Source: Antedon mediterranea (taxonomy: Eukaryota > Animalia > Echinodermata). From it: a stretch of DNA of 64,000 bases. Positions 26,201 to 41,200 of this stretch are shown one piece after another. The position numbers were made by a program, and so were the translations under genes. The stretch is from contig NC_092675.1 in assembly GCF_964355755.1 (NCBI RefSeq), forward strand, positions 4,211,812 through 4,275,811. The letters are read 5' to 3'. The first letter of the stretch is position 1; each line of letters starts with the position of its first letter. The notes beneath the pieces are model-generated. The model made no database searches and was not told where the DNA came from. It was given only the letters and a program-made list of their open reading frames with translations.

Positions 26201-29200
26201 TTTTATAGTCTTCCTTTTCATTCTTTTCCTTCATTTTCTCTAGTTTTCCGTTTTCCCCTGCCTTTTTGCTTCTTTTTCCCCTCCTTTTTTCTTCTTAATC
26301 TTATATTGTTATGCTTGCTCACATTTTGTTTCATAATCTACAATATATTACGGTAGCTCAACTGTATAGATTAGTTACTCATGCAAGCCCAGTGGCTCAA
26401 GCAAGATTCATTGAATAAACTTCGTACGACAAACTGTCCACGAGTTTCTCAATCCAGCATGACGTCAGACGTCATAGAAAATACAATACAGATTGATGGG
26501 GTGCTTAACGCAAGTGTAGAGACAGACCTACGACATGCTACTGCGTTTACGTCGATATCATTTTGTGTTCAAAAAAAGAAGACCATAAAACAAATGAAGT
26601 TTTTATTCATACTTGATTGTTGCAAGTCAAATTTTGGAATCATGAATGAGTGCCACCCCGTCGGTAGTCCTCGTACGAGTGTTTCCAGAATATTGACAGG
26701 CGGTTCGCCACTTGACTCCACCAGTAGACAAATTTAACCTAAATTAAAATTAATTTCTCATATACTCTACAAAAAAATTCACAAATAAAAAGCTCCGTAC
26801 GAATAGAAGAAGACATTCATGTTCAAGTTGATGCCACCTTTTACAATGCACAGCCAATCACATAAATGAATCGCTTTGAATGTCTAGAGAACTACTTTGA
26901 GAAATCTAGTGTATGTAAATAGTAAAACGCCATTAACACGATTCGATATTGATTTATGTATTATGTGGTACGATACTTTATACCGTCTCATGCGATGCCC
27001 GCTCGCCATACCTATTGTATGCCAATAACGAATTACGTTTCAACATCGGCTGATCACCTAGACATGGTGATCGGTGTTATTTTAGTTTAGTGCTCTTTAT
27101 AGAGAGTCTATGCTTATTATAATTTCATTTTGGATATTAAATGAATCAGCAAATTAAATAGATAACCAACAAATTCTATATGATAATATTTTGTCGAAAC
27201 GAGCTCGTGGTTTTCGGGAAAAATTTAAAGCCGTTTAAACCTATCACTGTAAAATAATGTGAAGTGTATGTGTTTGTCTTCTATACGGAACGATGCCCTT
27301 TAATGGAACGACAAACTAAACATTATTAAATGTCTCGACGATACTTTACAAAATATCAAACAATCTAATAGGAATGCAACTGTATGTGCCATTCTAAGAC
27401 GTTTTACTCACCTTAATATATGTCTGTAATTTGTTTATAGATCCTGATGTCCTGCAAAGAGTAAATATTGTAAAAATGAACAAATCAAAAGGTTTTACCT
27501 TGGTGTTCCTTAAACACAGATAACCCCTCTAGTTATAGAAACATTTATATTTTTTGTTGCACAGTATCGTATATATTTTCCAAATTTGTAATAAATTAGG
27601 ATTGGCTAGATTCTCAACTAACTCAATTCCACCAAACGATTTCCCACTAAGCTCAATTTAAAATCAATAGTAGAACTATATAATATAGTTGACTATTTGA
27701 AATTGGCTGCGTAAAACGTTCTAAAACATTTTCTCAAGATAACTGCCGATTTGAGATGTTTTATGTCGTAATATCTCTAAAGTTTGTGACATTGGACTTA
27801 CAACTACCAATATAAACTTCCAACAGTCGCTTCATCTGTTTCACATAGACTGCAATTACCTATTATTGAATGAATCTGTAATCAAATTCGTTTCTCGAAA
27901 AACTTTCGTATATACATTATCATTTGCATATGTTTGATCACGTGACGAGTTTAATGTTACGCGCTAAATTGACAACTGGGAGTTAGCAATGTTTTTTATT
28001 TTCTTAATGTACGATGAAGCTGCGGTACATTACTTGTAAAAGGAAATAGTTTCGCCAAGAAAACTCTGTTTAGAAATTAAACTTAGAATGCCTGGTATAG
28101 ACCTATATCATACATTGTTTGTCACAACTATACATTATGCCTACGTATTGCTCAAAACATGCGTGTGTTTTAAGTAGGTACAAAGTAAGTGAACTTTAGA
28201 TCGAAGACGAATGCTGAACTACAGGTCGAAAAAATATTTAATTTTTAATTTAAATCAATCTACATTATTTTACATCATGGCTAGTATAGAACAAAAAAAT
28301 GCAAAAATTTCTCCATAACAGTAGTTATTGGTAAATGTAATAATCGACCATTCTGCTGCCAAAGTTTGAGCAAAAATAACTTTATTTATGGAAATGTGTA
28401 CACTTTTTTTGGTACAGTATCAAAACCACCTGCTAACAATCTGTTGAAATAAGCTCGTTTGTAAGGCACTTAGTCGATAGAGTCTCTGGCATCTAATTGT
28501 CGATTGCAGTCGTATTGTTAAGTGTTTTCTTAGAGAAAAAAAAAACAAAGGAAAAAATGGATGTATTTTGTATGAAGTAATTTTTTTTTGTAGTTTTGTT
28601 TGAATGCAAGCTAACATTACCTTTACAATATGATAGAATAACTTTATTTTAACAAATGGCAGTGTATATCTAAGTAGGTCTACTGCCTATTCTCTATCCA
28701 CGTGATATCATAGATCTGTTCACAATTCAACACTCGAATTTATATGTCAATAAGAGATTACGTATTCGCAATTGGATTACTATTTATACGACCGCCGGCT
28801 CTTAACGTGTCGTTAACACTAAAGCCTTTGGGGAAATGAAACAACTTGTATGACGGAAAATATTACGGTATAGATTCTTATCACTTCTACATTAAATTCC
28901 CATATTATTGTGCATGTATTGTGGATTTAAACGCGCCGGCGGCTCAATGTGGACAGACACGATGTGACGATTTGGCGATAAGAACATGTCCACACCTGCA
29001 CAATCCAACCAACAGTTGTCTTCAGATATTGCAAGATTCATAATTTGTAAAGTTAAAGGGACAAAGACGGATTTCATTTGCTGCAGGATATTTTTTAACG
29101 TCCTACCTTCAACACAAACACTGAAATCACAGGGGTCATGGAAAGTAGTATTTATATTTCCTATAGCAGTATATTTATATTTTTATACATTTTTTTTGTA

Positions 29201-32200
29201 TTTCTATTGATTGCGTTTGTCCATTTATATAATGATAAAGTATAATATAAAAGACGCCTTGAAACTTTCATCCGTCGGGCTGGTAAAATGATTGGTCTGG
29301 AACTGCCTTCCATTACCGATGTGCACCTAGAACACCTCCAGAAAGATTTCGAACGCATTGAGTCGGATGCCTCTCATCCTCTCCACAAAGTGATCATAGA
29401 CCAACTTAATCCAAATCCAAGTGGTAGATTGAGGCTCCTCAGTGTGAAAACAAATCGATATGCCAAATCCTTTATTCCCTCTGGTATCATCCAGTACAAC
29501 AGGAAGTCAAGAAGATAATTTTATCTTGTATTTTTTTAGATGTTTTTATATGAATGGTTTTATGCTATATTTGTTTTTATTGTGTTTTCTTTGTTATTAT
29601 GACGAGCAATGAATTTCCTTTTTGAGGATCAATAAAAGTTATCTTATCTTATCTTATGATAGCCTTATACTCTCATATGTATTGTTCAAATTTAATTTTT
29701 CCAAGAAAGAATATATAGAAATGTGTTGAAATTAATATTATGTTAGGTTATAGTTAAATGAACTTATTAAACTTTGGGTTATTTTATAACTAATCTACTG
29801 GTTGCCGTAAGTCTTCTCAATTTTTAAATAATAATTTTAGGCCTACCTGTAAACTAAAAAATACTCAAACTTACGTGCAAACTTTTCTAAAGCAATGAGA
29901 GCAAACATTAAGACTACAGCATTTAACTAAGGTAATTGAACATAAATAGAAATGAAAACAAAAATGTTCAGTTTAGTTTCAATTTGGAGAGTCTGGTTTT
30001 GGTTACATCATTCATTCATAATTTATTGTTTCACATAAAAAAATTAATACAATAGTTCAAAATTAGCATATTTATTTGTATCCTATAAAATATGTAAATG
30101 ATAGTATAGTCTCTTGGTTAAGCACCCAATGTACTATTATAACTTTTTAAAATAGGCCTACCAGTCTATGAATTGTATTACCATTAACATGTGCTTATCA
30201 ACGTCTAGACTATCAAATTACATTTACTTTTATGTACGTTAATGAATTGTATTGTTTCAAGCAAGGTTTTATCTTCGAACAATTAATTTAACAAAGACAA
30301 TTCCATACATATTCATAAAGTACATGACGGATGTATATTTCTTATATATCTTTCGTAATGCTTCTATGTACATCTGATACCAACACTCCTTCTCCTTCTC
30401 CTTCTCCTTCTCCTTCTCCTTCTCCTTCTCCTTCTTCCCTAGATTCCTTGTCTAGGGCATTATACTGTCATGACCTATCCCTCAGTGATAATTCACCAAC
30501 AAACTTCTCAATTAATATATGCACTCTGTACTGTTAAATTGCAGTTCGTTAAAAAGTAATCTATATACCATTATTGTATGGCATATTCACACGCATTTAT
30601 GATCCAATATCACTAAAATGGCAATTATGTAATCGTATCGGTAGAATTTTAACGGAGCTTTTGTTGCCGCTGCACCACGCCGCCTTTACAATAGGGAAAG
30701 AGATCGCATTTTAAAGCCTATTTTCCTGCATGATAACTCATTAGAGTAATCACGAAACGATTGTGTACGTGTGCTTCTAGTTGTCAAGACCTTTGGTATA
30801 CTCAAACGTGGACTAGTAGCTCAACAAATGGGATTTATGTGGAATAGATTATGTATGAAAAGATTAAATAAATAAATTACTTAAGATGCATTATTCATTC
30901 ATAGAGAAATTAAGTGTTGGTTTTTAAAACCTTTTTTTAATGGCAATGGAAGCAAATTCAATGGAATCAACGCACATATAATACTGGTGCACCACCTTTC
31001 TTGGGTTAAACACCTGTAACGGAATATATATAACTAATATATTCCATTTTCAAATAAATTGTAGACAATCTTTTTTTATATAGGTATTTGCCTACGTAGG
31101 ACCATCACTGTTTGGAATCAATTTCTATTTGATCTATGTACATAGATATATAGTTGGATTTTTTTTACTGATCTTGCCAAATGCTGAGTGAAATTGACAT
31201 TGTAACATTTATATTTTTTTATTTTAGTACTGTAGACATATTGTATTGGTAATTATTAATTGTAATTTACAAAAAAAAAAAATCCAGTTTGGAGTGTAGT
31301 GTGGCTTGGTGGTTATGATGCTTGGCAACCACTAGGGTCCTGGATTCAAGACCCGTCACATGTCAGGATTTTTTCTAAGGACAAAATTACAACTCCACTA
31401 CCGAAGACTTGTAATAAGACTTTGTTTATGTAGAGCATCTTGTGTATATGTTTGTCTTGTGAACCTCTGAGGGTCCCTAATGATCAGCAATTGCTGGTGC
31501 TAAAAGACATACACAGCAGCACATGGTTGAATTGTATGTTGAACCATTGAATAAATATTTCTCCATGGTTGAACTGTAGTGAAAACAAGACCATATACAT
31601 GGCTGCAGTCACGTGCTCAAGCTAGTGTTTACTGACCGACCGACCAACCAACCGACCTACCAACCGACCGACATAGTGAGCTGTAAAGTCGCGTTGCACG
31701 CGACCAATTGTGACATTAAGTTACAAATAAAAAAAACGACATTATATAAAAAAAGAGCAGTAAAACAAGAATGGACAGAAAAAAATATACCCTTGTAATA
31801 TCTTTTGATAATATTAATAATATCAAAACACCTGTACGCACATGTCCAATATGAAAAACAAGTGATTAGATACTTTTAAGAACCTAATAAATGACAGAAA
31901 AAAATATTTTAATGGTAAAATCGATTGTATTCTAGACCTGGACACGGAAATTAACTAACTATTAGAGGAAACAAAAATATACTGTCAGTTCTGTTTCATT
32001 ATATTATACGCAATGTTTTTCTGACATACAGAGAGAAACGCTTACCATACAGTACGTACATTAACTACTCTATACGTTCTTAATTGATCATGACAATACT
32101 TCAATCTTAAAAACTATGTCACTCCGAATTAAAGAGTGTACAGCGCTGTCAAACTTTGTGTGACAAAAAAATGTGATGTACCCATATGGACACAATGATG

Positions 32201-35200
32201 TCACATTACTACCGTATTTGGTCATATCGCTACCATATTTGGTCACATGACAAACTAGTTTGATAGTGTAGACAGAGCTTAATAGCAGTTGTGATGTCAC
32301 ATTATTGAGACTTTGATTAAAGAAAAAGCTTAATGTAAATACAGAATATTTAAAGTAACATGAAAAATAGCGCACCTAATACTAATAGAGCATCGAAGAG
32401 AACATCGAATAAAGAACCAAGTGATGCACTAATAGAGCACCGGAAATATCAAAGCGTACCTATAGTAATTGAGCGTGTGTAACACAAGTAGAACCAAAAT
32501 AGCACCGAGAAGATCAAATAAAAGATTAGAGCAACATAAATAGAGTACCGAAAACATCACCGAAGACGAGTATAGCACAAAATATACGTCAGAAACTAAC
32601 CAAAAAGTTCGCGCACAAATAAGTATAAAACAGCGTATATTCTAACAAATCGAAAAAGAACATTTTGGTATTCAAATACTTAGATTTGTTGCTGCCTTTA
32701 GTATAGACATATTAAAATGGTTATTTTATCATGACAATTATTAGCAAATGTATGTGTGCTACTATAGTTGTCTTCGTCGGCATTTTGTTTAAATTAAATT
32801 CTAATTTTCTCTTTATTGAGTCACGATTTGCGGTAAAAGAGTGGCAGTGCATATTTAACGTTGGAACATAATTTCAGACAATTTAACATAAGGTATATAT
32901 TGGGTGCATTGCCGCCAATATCATGGAATGTTTTATTCACTGCAGCAGCAGTAGCGTCATGAAACTAAGCACCCTTACGTAAAAATAAAGCAAAGGTAAT
33001 CACATATACAACATTCGATACCGTGGTTCAATAACAGACGTTGTGTAGACTATCTAACCAAAAAACATTAATTAGGTTACCAATAAATATAGAGAAGATA
33101 TCAAATTGTGTATTACCATCAAACACGATTGCATACACACGGTAGTTATATTTTGACAAAGTTTGCGCTTAACGCGAACGCGTATTAACAACAGAGTTAA
33201 GGCCCATTTACACTAGGCCTACAGTAGGAGGATAACGATCGACGATAAATAGACAAAGGTACATTTTTCATACATAAAACAAAAGAAATATAAAAACTTT
33301 TCATTCTAGAACTATAGAATAACCTTCTATGCTTCCTTTGATGAAAATGATATTTTCACACGTCCATTCAAATGACGTCATGAATAGTAAGAGCAATAAT
33401 ATCGTGACAATACAACGATTTTATTGTTTTTATTTATCATGACGTCATTTGATTGGAATTTTAAAAATATTATTTTATAAAAGACAGCATAAATGATTAT
33501 CCTGTAGTTCTAGAACGAAAACCTTTCTAATTTCTTTTGTTTTATGTAAAAAAAAATGCATGCTTATATATTTATTGTCGATCGTTATCGTCCTAGTGTA
33601 AATGGGCCTTTAAGCTCTATCACACTATCTAGTTTGACAAAAAAAATTGTGATGTGCCCAAATATGGTAGTGTTATGCTTAAATACAGTTTTATGACACC
33701 ATCATGTCCATATATGGGCACATCCCATTTTCTTCTTGTCACATAAAGTTTGGTAGTGTAGACAATGCTTAAAAGGAGAGCTTCAAATAACACCCTTTAT
33801 CAAGTATACATACTGTATGTACAGCTCCTTAGAAATGGGCAGTTTGGAAATGTTGACTATTACCAATACAATCCGTGTGGTAAAGATCAGAAAACTAAGT
33901 TTATAATGAAATGTTATGTAGTTGCCTTTGTATTTATAATATGAATATTCATACACATCATAGTATGTTATTTTGTAAAGCTTTTGTAATGTGTGGTAAA
34001 TAATTATTATTAATTAAATATCATTACAGGTTCGCAAGAATTAATTAGAAAGACCGTAATGGTATTATTAGTTATTTATTAATCACTTACATACCTGTGA
34101 CTATTCTGGTAATTACTTCATGATTGCTTATATTGATTGCAAATTTGTAACTATTGAAACTGAATTATTCATAGAAGTTTTAGATTAATTGAAACTATTA
34201 TGTATGATTTAAAAAAAACAAAACACTTTTAAACCACGTGACGGATTAAATAGTGACCTACTTTCAATCTTCATTAACACCTTTTACCATCAATATGTCG
34301 TTAGCATCTCAAAAAGTCAGGCTTTACTATAATTTTGAACTTCCACATTACAAACTTGTGTTGTTTAATCCCCGTGTAACATAATTGTATTATGTTGACA
34401 TAATTAACGAGTGTCCTAAACGGCGCCCCGTATACCGGTCATCACATTCTGAATTACAGAGTCAAGCCTCATTCAGTTCTCGTGGGTATTCCACAAGTTA
34501 TCAAATACATTGAAGTGACATTATGGCGTGAACGGTAATTGCGTTGAAAACACTAATTGCGTTGGAAACGGTAATTGTGTTGCGTTAAAAACTCCTAATT
34601 TAATATTGATCAATCCAAAGATATACAGCTGAATTATGGGTAATTCCGTTTATTATAAAATTCTTTGAATGCTCACATGAATCTACATGATACTAATGTC
34701 ATTAAAAAAAAATTACCGACCGAAGAGGCAATTATAATCTTAATTCAGAAGTGTGATTTTTATCGTTTAATTTCAAACATGGAGAAATCATTTTAATTAT
34801 TATTGAGAAATATGAAACAAGTTTCTACTTGCTGTAAGTACAACAGTTACCAAGTAATCCAAAAGTTCAATTTAAGAATAATTATCAAGACATTTTATAG
34901 ATAATGTCGGAGGGTGAAACTAATCCTGTACTGCATCGCAAGATTAACGTAATCCAGCATATTCACGGTTTGTAACACTTTAGAGTCGTGATGAATTAAA
35001 ATCACTTGTATAGATCTGTTCGAAGAGTGACAATGTGTTTTTTTTATATAATTTATATCAATAATTTTTTCCCGATATTTATTTATAAAGGGTATATGCT
35101 TATCAGAATATTGCAATGATGTATGTGTGTTTCTATATAGCGTGTATAAATGTTAGATAATTATAGATATTGGACATAATCTAGGTCTAGGCCCTCCATC

Positions 35201-38200
35201 ATAATGTTACGTCCGGTACGGACGATAGAAGGTGAATACGACAGGTGATACCCAGCTCCCTAATTTTGTAAGGATGTACTACGAGTAGTCATTATGTATA
35301 GGCTTATTTAACACTCATTGATTACAAACCAGACTATCAGCATTAGGCCTATGCATCTTATGTTATCGCAGCAACAACAACTTGTATACAATTAGCTGTG
35401 AATTGGCCAGAGCACGCATTTAGACCACGCGCGCGCCACGACACTGATATTTCAGAATGTGTTTATGTAACGGTACGTGTACTGTTTAAATAATGTTTAC
35501 GATTGACCAGCACCTGTTTATGCGTCAACACGAAGTTAGCCTTTAAGAGCCACGGATGTCCCGAATGAACACGTTCATACCCATGAGCAATTTAGCAATC
35601 TGCAAATCACAAGTTATTCTTGCATTTATTTTACTTTTATGGTTAAATTTATTTTAGAATTTAGTACTTCAAAAGAAGTGGACTGTCCGGCCTATTATTG
35701 AAAAAAATGTTTTAGTAGGTGTACGTGTTTATGAGTTGAGTTCAGTATTACTGCTTGCCTGTGCCGTATTATACGATGAGGAGGCCTTACAACTTATACT
35801 TTACGATTGGTCGGGGGTCGTCTCATAAGCACTACACTGATTATATAAATTGGGTCAATCAATTGATTAGACCAATGACAACGCAATATCATTTTCGGTG
35901 ACTTTATAAAGAGACACGCGCGCGTACAAAAACTGATAAAATATTACTGGTACTTTATCCTGTATATTGATTTTGAAATTGATTTTGACCAAAAAATAAA
36001 TTAATCAATGAATTAGCTATAATTATTAATTTTTTTTCCATTTGATATGCTAATGTATATGGTTTACGAAATCATGATCCTAAAATATGCCCGTAATGTT
36101 ATAAGCTGCCGTTTATTACTGCAAATCACTATAATCAACGTTTAATTAATAAATTCCATTCGTTTATGGTTGGCCTACATTTCACAATACAATTAAAAAC
36201 CTTTGTAATCTTAAATTACTAAATACATATCAGTAAGATTAATGAAAAAATAATACAATTCTCTAAATATATGAATATTACTAATATTAATGAAGACCTA
36301 AGTCGTTTACTATTACCCCAACATGAGAACCTGGCTACAATGCTTATTGGTGTTACGGGGTAGTTGCTTTATTAAAATTATAATGGTCATTAGCAATTCA
36401 ATTTAAATATTTTCACTGTGATAACTCAGCTTGGGACGTCAACTAATCTACAATGAGCTAAGGAAGCAACAATTAATTAATTAAATAATTGCATTGGTAC
36501 TATAATTACCCTGTTTAGGCCCAGCCCACTCCGATCCAATCTTTCAAACATCTAGATCCTCCACTGCTTTGTAAAAAAAGATATCTGTGCCGTGTCGTAG
36601 GGCCTCTCTGAGAAGACTACTAAAAGAAAGCGAAATAAAATAGGCCTAATACAATTTCAACCTATGTATATGCCTTTAACGAATAATATAAAACGGTACA
36701 TATTGTACATAGATGTTTGGTTTGATGGCCAGGTTTTTTTCCTACTATTTACAGACTTTTTTTAGTACCCCTGGAAACTGTTGAAGTTAATGGATTCATG
36801 CTGAAGCTATGTAATTTATTGTATTTTATATAGATTTAAAAAAAAACAAAACAAAATAGTCAATTGCTGAAACTATATATAGACATTTCAGTTATCTACT
36901 GCAGCCAACAAGATGTGTTTGTTGGCACAACCTAAATTGCATTTGTGATTCTAGGTTGTCGTGGTAAATTATCATGATGTTGACAACATAATCTCTCAAG
37001 TCATAGTTTTCAAACGTCATTTGAATCGCACTTGGTGTTCAAATTATATCACACGTCATTCATATACAACCCAACTAACCTTAGCCGCTCTATTCTGAGC
37101 CCTTATAAACATCCCTAATAGAGGTTCAGTTATTACGTCACACATATCATCACAATTCTAAAACGACCTAAAACTATGAAGAAAACCAAAATATACTTAA
37201 AGCAGGGAAGTATAAAAACCTCCCTGCTTATTGGTCTACCTACAACTTGAAAAACAAATCCTTAACAAAACCATGTATTATTTTATTATTTTAATGTTTA
37301 CCGGTTGTGTTATGTATACACATTATTGCCTTAATGCAACAGATAGAGGAAGGATATTTAGAATTGTGCGTAAATCAAGTAGAACACTAAACGTTCTTGT
37401 AAATGATCTTGAATTTAAGTTTGATCATTCTGTTTTAACGCAGGTCAAACGTATTATGTCCAATCACAGCCATTCGCTGTTTGCAGAGTAAAACCTACTG
37501 TGTTCTGGCTGTGCTTAGTATCCTATCTATAACTACTAGGTGTCACAATTCATCTGTTCCCAGCTCAATATAACATATAACAAGATGAGCAATAGATAGA
37601 CTTGTTGACTTAATCAACTTATTCCATTTCATATATTGTATTTGTTGTGCTTTTTTTGTGTTTAGTAGTATGTCAAACATCAAATTTCCAATTTTTATTT
37701 TTTATGATTATTGGACAATAAACGTTTTTGAATTTGAATTTGATGCATTCAGAAATTTGGCCTTCTAATAATATTTTATTCTATTCTAGCTGTAAACTGT
37801 TCATGGAACAACAAACTGTTAATGAAGAAGCTATTTGAAGATGATAAGTATAATAATCAAGTTAGACCCGTGCTGGACACCTCTACAGTTATCAACATGA
37901 CAATGCTTTTGTATGTAGCTCAAGTTCTAGATATGGTAATTATTGATATTGATAATAATAATATGACTATAGGCCTACTATATTAATATTATACGTATTT
38001 CTTGTATGGGGATTCATATTTTCGTTCTATATGTCAAAATATAAACCGTAATTCTACTAAAAACATGGAATAATCTCCCCTGAGGAAAAACGTCCATTCT
38101 CAGCATAGTTTATAAAAATTGTATATTGTTCATTCATTACTTACAAAAAAGCATGAAGGCAATAAACCAGAACCTTGTGGGGCCGTGGTTCATAATGCAA

Positions 38201-41200
38201 TCTAGGTGTTACTGCAGCAGCGTCATATATAAATGTGTTTATTCATCAAACCATAATATGAAATTATAACGACATATGCACAATGATTTAGAAATAAAAA
38301 TTATGAAATGAAGTTTCATAAACCTTTTTAACTGTGTGCTATATACGATCGAATCGTTGATCGTTACTGTTTATGATTAAAGGGGTTCCTCTATAGTGGT
38401 ATTAGTGCATCTATTAGTAATCAAACCCCTATTCAACAGTGTACCATATTATTTGCTTTCGACTCTGATCTGTGGCGTTAGGTGGGCAAACATGCAATAT
38501 AATGACGGTATACCTGCACATTCAAAAGTACGGCCTTACCACGTTGAAACACCGGTTCTCGTCAGATCACCCAAGTTAAGCAACTTTGGGCCCGGTTAGA
38601 GCTTGGGGAGACCATCTGTCGGAATACCGGGTGCTAGGGTCCCATTGGCAGTTAAATTCAGCACTGCTGACTCTTCTTATGGCAGCCCCCTGCATCTAGT
38701 ATCTTCCTCAGATGATTGGCTTATGCCTCTCCTCTGGTTAAGATGGGCATTGGAAGCCCTTGGTCAATGTTGGGACTAGCCAAATGTGCTTTAAACATTC
38801 CTCGCTTAGTCATCATTCAGATGAATGTAAGACTAATTGTGGTTTACGACAGGAGGCGGTCATAAAAAATACCAGCACATTCACAGTGGTTCATTTTTTT
38901 TCAGGATGAAAGAAGACAGACTTTAAAAACAAATTTATGGATGACCCTGGTGAGTGACAATAACCAATACATTTGATTATTTAATTTAATAGTACACCAG
39001 ATGAACCTTTGTGAGAAAATATGGAATTTATAATGTGTTATAGGCTAGTACATGGAGCTGCATAATTTAAAAAAAATAGATCATATCAAAATTCATTACA
39101 AAAATATAAAAAAGGCCAGAAAGCTGATGTCAATTAATTTCTAATGCATGATGTGTTGAATAAAACATGCATCATGCATGTATTATACTTTTACAATAAC
39201 TATTTAACATAATGTTTTAACAATAGCACACAGTTTGCATAATACCCTAGTATAGATAGGTTCTTGTATTAACCAGAGATAATTAAAATTATCAGATGTC
39301 TAATGTTATTAAAATACTGCTCCTTCATTCCAATGTCACTCCGCAGAGTATGCTTTACATGTTGTAAGTTATAATTTGATTATTTTTAATAATCTAACAA
39401 TAACACGACAACCAAGGCTAGTTAAAAGACTATTATTATTTTGCGATACATCAAAACTCATGTTAATAATGTAACGTTACTGAAAACAGGGGAAAACATT
39501 GAATTTTTTTAAACAATAACAAATACTGAAATTAGTCCTATTATTATTTGTAATTATTATAACTATTTATTTATAAAATATTATAGCAAAAACAATCTTT
39601 ATAGACCAGGGAAAACTTCACTCTTCTCTGTTTAGACTATCAATTTATAGTGTGAATTTTTTAAATTTACACATTACAATACGGAAATCAATGCTTTTAA
39701 AATAATTATTTAAAATTTTAAAGAAAGAAACAGTGTTTTAATGCCATTGTTTGAAATAAATACTAATATTAATAAATATCACATATCCACTTTTATTTGC
39801 AGCCATACCATAATTAGGCCTTATAATTATACATATTACCAAAGAACGTATAACACAAGAATCTCCTTTTCGTCCGAAGCGCGTAACAATTTTGAAAGGC
39901 ATTGTGGGATAGAATAGAGCTATGGGTGGCGCCATTGTGAGCCATGGAGTAGGGCGCCCACATCAAATTAGAAAGTCAAATCATAGAGGGGATCTGCTAA
40001 TGCTCTAGGGGGGATAGAGTAATTGACTGAGGAGTAGGGCGCCCGCATCAAATTAGAAAGTCAAAATCATAGATGGGATCTGCTAATACTCTAGGATGGG
40101 GGGGGGGGGGGGGGGGGGTTAGAGTAATTGACTTGCTAGTTTGGAGGGGGCGCTGCTCCATGCTGTGAAATGGCGTCGCCCAGTTTGACCTTTTAACCCT
40201 GTACTTCCGATACTGTGTTTTGAATGCAAATTGAAGAACAGGAGATTCTTGTGTTATAAGTTCTTTGATATTACATTACAATACAGGCATGCAATAAATA
40301 AACAGATCAATGATTCTATTGGAATATTTCATAGTAGATGTTCAAAACATACGTACACGAGCTTTTTATAGTTATCAGGTCGATTTTGTGCCTCGGCGTA
40401 TACCCTCATGAATTACAAAAAGGACAATATGGGCGCATAGGCCTATATATATTATTTTTACCAACGTGAAGGCACAAAACATGAATATAATAAATCAATA
40501 AATTACAGAGGGTCACTAGACGTGTGACGTAATGGTCAACTTTTCTTGCTTTTGTTGTGAGAAAATATAAGGTATGTTTTACATTATTCACGGTTTCTGC
40601 CTTAACACGTTGGGAAAAATAATGGCAGCGAACTTTCTTTTCGTTGTGAACATCAGGTATGGCGTGACCATTATGTCAACGCACCTAAACCAACTTTCCT
40701 TTTGTTGTGTGTATCAGAATTGGCGTGACGAATATTTACAGTGGGATCCGGAAGATTTTGGTAATTTGAAGATGATTAAAATACCATCAAACCTTGTATG
40801 GATGCCAGACATAGTTCTATACGATAAGTATGTTTAATATACATATTCTATATTAATATACTACTATACTATAGTAGTATAATATACTATAGTCTCGAAT
40901 GATGAACTGGGTTCTTTGCTGGACCTACGATTTATATTAGTCCGAGAAGACTTGTTCCACCACAAGCGAGCGAGGCGGTGGAATCCATGCCGATATTGTT
41001 GGCTCTTTGGGTGCAAATAGTTTGTTGTATATAACAATTACATTCCACGCAGCTATTGAGTCTAATAGTTATTCTGCGCATACTCGCATGTTACTGAGCA
41101 GTGTAGTCGCCGCGAATTCCTGAAACTGAAAGAACGCTTATTTTATGTAGATTGTAGAACACAATGAAACCAATTGAAATAAGTTAATGCCCTGTGTTTT

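Noticed and set aside
25899-26243. F/S/L-rich membrane-protein-like ORFs
   Set aside because: Artefact of the polypyrimidine tract.
30331-30537. ORF with a poly-SP tract
   Set aside because: Comes from a (TCTCCT)n microsatellite, with no splice or homology support.
38528-38640. Functional 5S rRNA gene
   Set aside because: Internal control region is altered, termini do not pair properly, no oligo-T terminator, and it is a single intronic copy.
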